From: Macrostomum hystrix
Taxonomy: Eukaryota; Animalia; Platyhelminthes
Direction: 5' to 3'
Assembly (NCBI GenBank): GCA_950097015.1
Contig: CATNEN010000007.1
Coordinates: 2,666,001-2,730,000, forward strand
DNA length: 64,000 bases
This document shows positions 11,627 through 22,330 of the stretch, piece by piece (the first letter of the stretch is position 1; every line of letters starts with the position of its first letter). A model generated the notes under the pieces. It did no database searches and was not told the DNA's origin. It worked only from the letters and a program-made list of their open reading frames with translations. The position numbers were made by a program, and so were the translations under genes.

Positions 11627-13560
11627 TCATTCCTGCTCTCTAGACTTGCAGGGGATGAGCTGGCTCAGCTCTGCCAACGTCGCCTGAGGGCACAGCTGAT
11701 GGGAGACAGTCGACCCACCCCCACCGCGTTCGGTGGCTTCACTTCTGCGCATCAGGCCCGTATCGACGGTGAGGTCCTCGCAGCCCTCATTCACAATGTA
11801 CTGAATCTGGATGTAGCAGGTGTAGGATGACTCGCGGTTTCTTTGGCATTTTAGAAGGCCGTCGGTGAACTGCTCTGATAGCTTCGCCTGCACCAACTCC
11901 GCCAGCTGCGGAACGCTGATGTTCCTTCTGGCTCTCACGACATCTTGCAGAGCCCAAAGCATCCAGCTGCCTTTTTTCTCGTTCCGATACGCCTCGTAGC
12001 CAGCCATGCTGCCAAAGATTGCTGCCATCCTCGGCTTCCTTGACGGCAGGACGCAGCCGGCGATGTCGGGACTCGCGAAGCCCAGGTCTTCGACGAATGG
12101 CAAGCCGTCACGATCGCCTACCTGTGCAGGGTGATGGCCTTTACCTCGACATGCCTGGTAGAGCAGCAGAACGGAGCCGCCGAGGGGCTCCAGTAAGTGC
12201 GCGACCTCCTGCACAGGTAATTTCTTATCGTCTGATGTGTGAATCCCAGCCTGACTGCCGTGCGCCGAGACTACAACGAAGACCCATTTAGGCGAGATAT
12301 TTTTTTTATTGCACGATTCCACGACCATTTCGATGTGATCACGGATGCTGTGCTCTGACACAGTACCATCGTCGGGACACAGAATGTACGTATTCTCCGA
12401 GCTGCAACCCATTTGTTCGGAAATTACGTAGACTGCTTGCTTATCTTCTAAAACTCCGTGACGAATGTTCTTTGGGTACATCCGAATAATGATTGAGATG
12501 CAAACATTTGGGGCCGGCAAATCGATCTCATCAGACGACTTACTACTGAGTAACTGGAGTTTGCTCAGGGCATCCTCTTCGCTTTCACACTCTGGGATCG
12601 TGGGCACGTCCGGAGTGGAATTAGTGGAAGCTTTGCAGAGCTCTGCGCGTGGGATGCCGGAAACCCGCCGGAATCTGGCTCCGGAACAGCAGCCCACAAT
12701 CTGCTGCCGCATTTCGTTAATCGACACCTTCGTTCCGTTCATCTCTAGGCTACTGAAAGCGCGCTGTACTTCCTGCCAGTTGACATCGATGCTCGCGAAG
12801 TCGATGCTCAAGACGTCGCAGCCGCTTAGCGGTGCACGAAGCGGTGTGTCATACTCGTGGTCGCTAAAGCCTTTTCTAGCACTGTTTTTGTCTCTGTAGG
12901 GTCCGAGGCACTGGCATCTCAGATAAATGACGCCAATTTTTTGTCCCTCCAACTCGGTCGAACAGTCCAGTGGTTCGCTGAGCTCAGTCTCCGTCACGAG
13001 TTGTCCATCGATCACAGGCTGCGGAAAGCTTTCGTCTGCAGTGACGTCGATCTCGTGCACGACGAATACTTCATTGCTGCCCCGAGACTTTGCGGAGGAC
13101 AGGAACTGCTTGATTTTCTGTTTGTAGCCTTCAATGGAGTTAGCGTGCTCGATTTGGAACTTGAAGAGACCGTTTTCCGGCTCGACAAATGTGTCCATTT
13201 TGTGGCCTTCTCGAGTGCTGATCAACAGGACAGGTGTAGGAGGAGACGAAATGACTTCTGCTGCCTCGACATCTGGAAGCCTCGCGTGACTCTGCACTTG
13301 GTTGCTTCGCTGGTCAGCATGCTCTGAAAGTTTGGTATGCGATGCGATTCACGTAGGCGGAATTGTAGTGAAAAACACTAAAGTATAATAGTTTATGTAT
13401 GACCTGAAGTATCAAGCTCATTGTCGGGAATCACTGGGGTCTCCAAGATGCTCTGGCTCTCCTGCAATGGAACGCCCTGCGTTGGTCCCAGTGTTGCCTC
13501 GACTTTGGCAGCTTTCATAATTGGCACAATAATGTCAAGCTGACTGGCTGCCACTGACAT
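11627..13560 (-). CDS. Caspase-like protease 4 (~617 aa from ATG 13560), canonical QACRG
   Basis: Exons 13560-13404 and 13323-11627 (80-nt phase-1 intron); further upstream exons are possible. Motifs VVVSAHG, LLYQACRG (12143-12157), GYEAYRNEKKGSWML. Confidence 0.9.
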
Positions 13561-14442
13561 TTTGAAGTCTTCGTTGTCTTTAGCAGTTGAGTCTAGTGTT
13601 GAGTCCACAGGAGTCTACTTGCAATTTTCGTTTTGCTTTTAAACTACCGAAAGGGTAGGTTAAATTCGTAATTGTTATTTTTAGTCCAGCGAAACGTATT
13701 GCGTTACCTACAGCGGCAATGACTAATATACGCGACAAAGCTGTCTTTCTGCATTTAAACAACGCTGTCAAATTTTTTATTATTTTTGGTTCGATGTACT
13801 TGCAGTCAGAAATAGGCAGTTTATTCTGTAAGAAAACTACATTCGTTAAAGACGCCAGTTTGTCATTACTATATATATATATATCACCTGGCAAGAGATT
13901 TGAAAATGGTTTTCATGGCTTTGCGCGGACAATTTGAAAAAGAACTGCAATTGCTTTACAGTGCATTTGACTAATCTTCAACAGGTCAATGAGAAGCTTA
14001 CACTTTAGGCTCAAGCCAAGGATCGATATTTATTTTCAAGTAGGCTGCTTTTATTGAAATGAAAGTTGAGCTGTTTGGCAGACAGAAACAAAAATTACAA
14101 AAAAATATTAAGGCAGACGGACAAAAAGATGATTGGCGAGTTGCAATGACAAGCAAGCAATAAAATATTGCTAATATTCAATTGAGCTGTAGAATGATAT
14201 GATTAAGCTTTACATTTGCAGGTAAATTGCTTTGCTGATGAGAATCGTACCTAATGATATGTTCATAAATATTGTATTGCACAAGCTCTACGAAAAGCGA
14301 ACAACAAACGGTTGGCATCGACTGGCGAATTAAGAACCGATCGCAACATAAAAATAAAGTGATTGCACTATTCTGACTGATTTTTTGTCAATCTGTAGCT
14401 AAAACTCTTCGCGATAAAAGAGAAACTGGAGTCGGTCCGAGT

Positions 14443-16474
14443 TCACTGCGAATTCGGAGGTGCAAGCCGAGTTGAGAACCGGCCAGAGCTGGGCGGGCTG
14501 GCTGTCTGGAACGGATCGATGCGGCCACATCAGATGATTGAGAATGCAATAATAAAATAATAATTATAGTTAAAATATTTGCAGGAGGGCTGTGAGCATA
14601 GCGACAGCAACATCCTTTGGTGACACCATTTGGTAGATCTGCAGCCAGCGAGGAGGCAATGCTGCCCTCCTGAGCACACACGCACACAGGTGTGTACATC
14701 TACCCTGACTTTCTCATCGTCAGGCAGTGTACACTTTCCAGCGTAAATTGCACGACAGGCGCCCCAAATGAATGTGGCCTCGCCGCAGAATCGAGCTCAG
14801 GGACCTTGGTGCGAGAGGCAAACCAGTTAGACCGGTCTGCCAATAACCTCCCAATTCAGGGTGCAAATTTTCCGATCAGAAAAATAATCTAATTTAAAAG
14901 TCTGGTGTCAGACCAGGTAGATTCACCAAACTCACATGCTCCAGTTTCTCTGGGTCTCTGGCAGTTTCGCTGCGGCCCGACATCATGGAAGTGTCGTCCA
15001 GCGGCTCAGGTGACGCCAGCGGTTCCGTCAGTTTGGAGCGCATCCGCTTATTGGCGAACCATTTTTTCACCTGTGAGTAGCTGAGGCCGGTTGCCTGCGC
15101 CAGTGTCTTCGTGTCCTCGGCACCCGGATACGGTCGGTCCCGGTGCTCGACGAACCAGCGCAACAGAAGGTCGTTCTGATTTGTGCTGAAATTCTGCCTC
15201 TGCTGTTGCTGCTGCTCCTGAGACTGCGAAGGCGGCGGCGGCATCAGCGTCTCCTGCTGCCGGGAAGAAGCAGACTGCTTGTTGGTCTTCAGGCTCAAGT
15301 CCAGAGCAGCCTCAGCCTGGGAGAGAACGCATGAATGTGTAAAATCTTCACGAGAAATCACCAGGTTATCCCACTTTCATTATCTGTAAGACCTGTTACT
15401 TATAACTTGGCCATGTCTCACCTGGCAACCAAAGGTGTAGTTGTTACTAATGACACCAAGAACTCCGCAAGGCAGGCTAAATGGCAGCGCCATAGGCTTC
15501 ATCGGTGTGTCGCCAAGGTCGGTCACGTGACTTCGCTTGAGTGCTGGCTGCTGCAACTCTGACGATGAGCAGCAGCCTTTGGGCAGATCTTCAGACGGGA
15601 TTCTCTCCTGAGAATGGTGTTGGAGTTCTTCCAATTCAGCCACGAAATATGCTTAAGAAATAGCGTTGAGTCGCAATCTAACTCCCCGACTCCCACGTAT
15701 ATACAATGAATTAAACTATTTTTTCCTAGATAATACTTAGATCAGGAAGTCAGTAGCGAGTTTAACAAATTCATTTTTGCTCACCGGAATATTCGACTTG
15801 CGCTTCCTCGAACCGGTGGGAGCCGCCTCCGGCGATCGAATGACCTCCTTGGACATCAACTGCACAGAGAGCTCTGCCTGCTGGGGGTCGTTGTCGGTAG
15901 ATTGTGTTTTGTTTTTAATCAATTTAAAGCTTAAACTGCGCTTAACAATCTGCAGTATGAGCTAGTTTCTCAAAGCATCATATAAAAAAGCAGACATATT
16001 TCTGTAAGGCGCACAACCAAATGATTAAGTGCATCACATCAACTCAATTTCAATAAGCGGCTTTTGTAAGAATATATTTTAATTAGTAGAGTGAAACACA
16101 TTGTTCAAAGTACGACAGGCAACTCACACTGTCGCCACCGTGGTAGACGGTCACGTGCTCCAGCATGATGTCGCTCTGGGTGGACGCGGCCAAACAAAGT
16201 CGGCAGCGGTACACAGGCACCTGGTCCAGTGAGTGGCTGCGGTACGCGTGACTGGCCAGCACCTGGGACTGCAGGCTCATAAACGGACAGCGGGGGCAGC
16301 AGAGGACGTGGGTAACGGCTGTTGACAGTGGGACAGCTTGAGTCATTGCTGTGCTTTTGATTTCTGGCTGGTTGCTGAGCTGATAGAAGTGATAGAGCTC
16401 GTAGAAGCTTGGAGTTCCCTTTTTATCCAAATCTTGAGCGGAAGTGGGCACCGAAGGGACACCAAAAGAGTTTG
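14443..16474 (-). CDS. Two C2H2 zinc fingers + TALE-class homeodomain transcription factor (5' exon not resolved)
   Basis: Exons 16474-16128, 15949-15785, 15607-15422, 15316-14936 and a probable last exon 14505-14443, all joined in phase 0 by GTGAG...AG introns. Fingers CPRC...HAYRSH and CRLC...HVTVYH. Homeodomain LLLRWFVEHRDRPYP...QVKKWFANKRMR. Confidence 0.8.
14545..14835 (-). mobile_element. SINE copy in the last predicted intron of the ZF-TALE gene
   Basis: AAT-rich tail, ttgcaggagggctgtg, and head gtggcctcgccgcagaatcgagctcagggaccttggtgcgagaggcaaac. Confidence 0.85.
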
Positions 16475-18229
16475 CTGTGGGCTGAAGTCACTGACTCACT
16501 CACTTTTCAAAACTTTTTATATGCTGTATCTGTTTAGGCTTAACAGGCGCACACTGGGCGGCCTACCAAAGCCAGTCAGGGCGCCGCGGGCACACGCAGA
16601 AAGCTGTTCGCAATGTTTAGCGAATTCGGGCCCCGTTAGCAACAGTTGATGCGCGAGGACAGCATAGAGAGAAGGAGCTGGGCTGGCTTGAGCGGTTATG
16701 GCGCGAGTGAGCGAGCGATCTGATAAATAAACAGAGCTGCAGAGAGAAAGCAGGAGATCAGCTCCTAGAGGCAGAGCCCGGCCTTTAATGCGTCTGGCCA
16801 GAGATACGGCGCAGATTAGCTCCGCTGGTCCTAGAAGAGAGAGAGCTGGTGCAGCCTGAGGCAGCAGCTGGCGGGGGAGTTTCAGCTTTACGAGAATAAG
16901 AAATTACACGGAGAGAAGTCAAGAGAAGATGAAAAATGAATTTTGCAAGTCTGCACTGGGCTCCGGAAATGCACACGCTGCAGTGGGCCAGGGAAATACT
17001 GGCGAATATTCTTATAAGTTAACTCTCTGTCTCTCTGATTTCTCTATAGTCTTCTGTGAGCGCAGTGGAAGCCCTTTATTATGCGATGCATAAAGTTTTA
17101 TTCGCTACAGGGGATGAGATCCTCAGACGGTGGCGGGGAGTATCGAAGGTGCGGGCTCCCAGTGAAGGCTCGGCTCAAGGATAGGCTCGGATGAGCTCAA
17201 CGTTTCCCAGTTAGTTTTTCGTAGTTTTAGTATCGCTTTGCAACTGGGGGTTTGCTGGCCTGGAAAAGCCAGCCCCCTCCCCTATTCTCAGTTCTCAATC
17301 GCTTTGTGCTCAACTTGGCTCGCTTGAGAAAGGGGACACCGAGTAGGGTGCTCTTCCCAGCCGGAAGAGTGCACCAATCTGTGCGCTCCCTTTGTGCTCT
17401 CCCTCCGCTGTCTCGCGACTCTGCGGCTCCCCTACTCACAACTCAGGACTCTATTATATCTATAATATAATTTATTTCCCTTGCTGGCTCTGAGGACTCG
17501 TGGGAAGAAAAAAACTCTGCTCAAAAGGTCCTCTCGATTTTGGAGCCGCCTTCAACTACGCCCGTATTATTTTTGCTTGTTGAGCTCAAAGCCAGAGCCC
17601 TCTGTTCCATACCACTGAAGCGTTTTCACTCCCTCACAATGCGCACGCAGACTGTCATCCTTGTTTGTCTTGTTTGGGTGCATTGTGGGGCCACCCTAGC
17701 TAGACAATCTGTGAGTCAAAGGAAGTCAGATTGCTTATTTGCTGCGTCTTCCAGCAAAAGTGACCAGGATGTCTTTACTAAAAATCGCTAGGCCCGGCTC
17801 GCAACAGAGACAAACAATTATTTGTTGATAAAGTTTCATTTCTTTCTGCAGCAGCAGCAACTGGCTTGACAATGGGCTGGCAACAACTAGCATTTCCTGC
17901 TGAGTTCACATCCTGTTCTTCATTTCTCAGACCGGACCATTCTCCCATCATGGGCTAACCTGACTCGACTAAAAAATTCACTTCCTGTTTTCTTAATTTG
18001 ATGTGGCTCGAGCATTTTCAGTGTAAACTAATATAATCCTGCAACAGCCGAATACAGTATATTTCAATAAAGGCTGGCATAATTTACGAGATCAAGTTCG
18101 TCAAACTATTTCTAGAACAGCTCGGCTGTCTTTTAATACAACGTGAGGGAATTTTCTCCCACTTATTTCCCTTTCTCACACATCATCGCATTTATCTTTA
18201 TTGATATAACTATATAATCGTATGTATGG

Positions 18230-18594
18230 TATAGTAATAATACTTGCAGGAGGGCTGCAGGCATTGGCACATCATTCGGTAACACTAGCTGCAGCCAGCA
18301 AGGAGGCAATTCTGCCCATTCCGCTGAGCACACACGCACACAGATGCCATACGCAGGAACACGCTCGCACAGGAGTGTACATCTGCCCCGACTTTCCCAT
18401 CGTGAGGCCGTGTACACTCTCACTGTGCCTTGGAGGTTGGCTCTCGAGTACGAAAATTGCACGACAAGCCTCCAAGCCTTCTCTCAGCGGCTGCGCCCCA
18501 ATTACGAAATGTGGCCAATTGTCGCGGAATCGAGCTCAGGTACAGGGACCTTGGTGCGAGAGGCAAACGCGTTAACCGCTCTGCCACTCACCCC
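18230..18594 (-). mobile_element. Near full-length tRNA-derived SINE
   Basis: The reverse complement begins GGGGTGAGTGGCAGAGCGGTTAACGCGTTTGCCTCTCGCACCAAGGTCC...GAGCTCGATTCC (Pol III A and B boxes) and ends in a TAT-rich tail. Confidence 0.88.
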
Positions 18595-20644
18595 TAGGTA
18601 ATATAATAGTACTCAATCATCTATGTCACTAGATTTTTTATTTTAGTTGTTTCTGAAAATAGATTGAAACCACACATAAACTGGCCCAGTGCGTTAGATG
18701 TATGCAGCCAGTGGCAGTGGCTCAGTCCCGCCTATCTTACTGCGCTTCTAACGGCTGTGTACAGTACAGGCGGTGTTTTCCTAATTACAATAGTACAATA
18801 TTAATTAACATACCTAGAATAGACTAGATCATAGACTGGATCATACTAGATTTGACTATCGACTATTGACTATAGACTTGACTTGACACGCTAAGCTTGA
18901 CTTGACAACAAAACGAAAACGCATGCTCTTTGTTGGTCAGCTTTAATCCAATTAGACAGCAGACTGATCATCACTGTATTTGCATATAGACGGACTTCCA
19001 CCAGTCAGTCCGTACCATGCAGCCAATTAAATTTTGTCCTCGAATATTTTTTATGATCACGCAACAACGGTCTGTCATATAAGCAGGCTCTAATTTTTTA
19101 CCCTCTTTCGAGTTAGAAATCATGCATTGTATATATATTGTATTTAATTCTATAAAGCTTAGGTATTTTACGGTTTAATTTAATAGACTTTGATAGTTTC
19201 TCCTTATCTAGCAAAGCGAATTCGAAGAGTTGGTTAATTTGCAAAAACAGCAAAGGTTAAAAAACGAGAGCATGTGCCAGGCAAAAAGTCTAAGGATTCA
19301 AGTAATGCTATATATTGAAGTACAAGGGCTTTATTTTAGAATTACTAATCACTTTGCTAATAAAAATAATGATAAATTTGTATGAACTGTCGGCACATTA
19401 ATTTATAAGCCGATTTTAAGCACATTTTTGGCCGTCAAACTGTTGCAGTTAAACAAAGAACTCAAAACTCATTTAAATCCAGAAATCATTTTTTAAATAG
19501 CAGATATAAAAGCCTATCAGACTTTAAGGTTGTTTGAGAAAAATACAGATTTTTGTCGTTGCAATTTTTAAACTGGATGGCGCGAAAAAGATTCGCGTGC
19601 ACATTCACGATTAATTAATTCATCTTCTCATTCTCATTTCGGCATTCTGGGACGATTACTGCATGGATTGCTATTTGTTAGTGATACTGTCTATGGCAGA
19701 GCTAAGGGCTGCCATTGGTTGCAGCCTTCATGCAATTGTGATTTTTTGATTATAACTTAATAAGGGGGTCATAACTCATGAGCCAGATTTTTCATGGGTG
19801 AAGGTACCAATGTGGCTAGTGCGGAGTGGTGGACAGGCATTGTTGACTTTGACCCGGCGAGATTAAAATCATTGATACACCACGTCTCCCCAATTATATA
19901 ATTCCATATTTTTACCCTCCATAGCAGCTTAGGGCCTACTGATACTGCATGTTTTTGTATGAAAATAAGAATCCAATTAATATTTTTTGCCTATGACTTG
20001 TTCCTTTGGTTTATGTCAAATAATCATGTATTGTCATCAGTTATTGACTTACAATATTGTGTCCATTAGGAGCTTTGCAGTGTGATTAGTAATACTATTC
20101 TAAAAATTGTATGAATATGTACATTTTTCTTTTAAAAGGTAACTAAAACACTTGTATCAATGTTTATTTTTTACTTCTCAGCTTCTAGGCCCTAGATGTA
20201 TATGTAAGGCAATTTAGTATTTTTAGTGCTAATGTTTTTTATATATTCTCAATATATAGCCTAAAGCTTTTTGGCAACATTTTTTGCTAGTTGTGTGACC
20301 TTTTTGAGCAAGAGTGGCTGAAATATGAATTTTTTTTCTTGTTTGAAATTATTAGAGCAATACTAACAGCATTTTTTAAGATAGGAAAATAAGATAACTA
20401 ATGTAGATATGAAGTGCAAGTATGTCATGTTTTTACACACATAATGTGTAAACAGGTTTCCTATTTTTATAAATAAATTAATAAAGTAAAAAATAGAAAC
20501 GTTGCAATTAGCAGTTAAACAACAACTTGCAAAAAAACTATCTGTTTGATGTCAATATTTTTAGTTTTTTTTATTTCTGGTAGAAAGTAAAGGATAGACC
20601 TGGAACATATTGATTTGAACTGTTTACCTGCATCTTAAAGGAGC

Positions 20645-21888
20645 ATGTCAGACTGCAATCCCAAGCCATCATCTGCATACTCTGTGACCTCGGAGACTGT
20701 GAGACACGCAGGCAAATGGCTTAACTTTGTTGAGAGGCGCTACAAGCATCGGGATGGTCACGAGATCACCTATGAGAGCGTCAACCGTCTGGGTCATCAG
20801 CCCGGACAGCCAGCCGCAGTCATCGCTGTTCCTCGGTTTGGCGACTCCCTGGTACTGGTCAAACAGTACCGAGCCCCTGTGGACGCCTGGGTGGTTGAAT
20901 TCCCTGGTGAGCAACTGGGGATCAGGGTGTACGCACTGGTGTGCCTAATGTTCTCTGTTCCACTTAAGAGTACTGTACACCTGTTATCGACTCCTACAGT
21001 CTGCCCTCGCCGTCTCTCCACTGTCTTCTCTCCGTCTCCCCTCTCCGTCTCCCCTCTCCATCTCCCCTCTCCGTCTCCCCTCCGTCTCCACTCTGACTCC
21101 CCTGTCTCCCCTCTCCCTCTCCATCTCCCGTCTCCATCTCCCCGTCCCATCTCCCGTCTCCATCTCCTCTCTCCGTCTCCCCTCTCCATCTCCCCTCCGT
21201 CTCCACTCTGACTCCCATGTCTCCCCTCTCCCTCTCCATCTCCCGTCTCCATCTCCCCGTCCCATCTCCCGTCTCCATCTCCTCTCTCCGTCTCCCCTCT
21301 CCATCTCCCCTCCGTCTCCACTCTGACTCCCATGTCTCCCCTCTCCCTCTCCATCTCCCGTCTCCATCTCCCCGTCCCATCTCCCGTCTCCATCTCCTCT
21401 CTCCGTCTCCCCTCTCCATCTCCCCTCTCCGTCTCCCCTCCGTCTCCACTCTGATTCCCTGTCTCCCCTCTCTCTCTCCATCTCCTCTCTCATATATTTC
21501 GTCTTGTCCCAACCCGTCCGAAAACCCCACCGCCCAAGCCGGCTTAGTGGACTCGGGCGAGACGGCGGAAGCAGCGGCCATGCGCGAGCTGGCGGAGGAG
21601 ACCGGCTTCGCTGGCACCGCTGTTGGCGGAGCGTCTCCACGCTGCGCGGCCGAGTGCAGTTTGACTAGCGCCGACGAGGTGTTTGTCAGCGTGCTCTGCC
21701 AGTCGCGCGGCCCGCAGGCCTCCGAGGCCGACGAGGACATCGAGGTGCTGATTGTGCCAGCTAGACAACTGGCTCAGCGCCTGGAGTCTCTGGCTGCTGA
21801 AGGCTGCCTGATCTGCTCCAGACTGCAGGCCTTTGCTATGGGCCTGGCCTTTGGCAGCTGCGGTGACAGCGGGAGCGGCCCTGCCTGA
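20645..21888 (+). CDS. NUDT5: ADP-sugar/ADP-ribose pyrophosphatase (Nudix), two exons
   Basis: Exons 20645-20906 and 21539-21888. Splicing restores [28 protein letters not shown] (Nudix box). Also GKWLNF, LVLVKQYRAPV and DEDIEV, typical of the NUDT5/NudF family. Confidence 0.85.
21010..21492. repeat. CT-rich intronic repeat (period roughly 115 bp)
   Basis: ctccactctga recurs at intervals of about 115-130 bp inside the NUDT5 intron. Confidence 0.9.
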
Positions 21889-22014
21889 TGGACTTCGGCT
21901 TTCAAGGGGATGCGGATGGCTCTAGCTGGATGGGCTGAATCAGCGATCGGGTTGTTGTGGGACGATGTGTGCAGAATTAGGAAACACTGAGATGGTAGAA
22001 GTCGGAAGGAGGCA

Positions 22015-22330
22015 AGATAGAGAGCGGAAAGAGGGGGATAGAGAGCGGAAAGATGGGGATAGAGAGCGGAAGGAGGCAGGATAGAGAGCGGAAAGAGGGG
22101 GATAGAGAGCGGAAGGAGGCAGGATAGAGAGCGGAAAGAGGGGGATAGAGAGCGGAAGGAGGCAGGATAGAGAGCGGAAAGAGGGGGATAGAGAGCGGAA
22201 GAAGGCAGGATAAGAGCGGAAGGAGGCAGGATAGAGAGCGGAAAGAGAGGGATAGAGAGCGGAAGAAGGCAGGATAGAGAGCGGAAGGGCGAGGAGGGGG
22301 ATAGAGAGCGGAAGGAGGGGATAGATCGGA
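22015..22330. repeat. GA-rich ~21-22-bp tandem repeat (GATAGAGAGCGGAA...)
   Basis: Read directly. Confidence 0.9.

Noticed and set aside
18540-18594. tRNA-like sequences at SINE heads as genuine tRNA genes
   Set aside because: No complete cloverleaf or acceptor stem, and each runs into the same repeat body.
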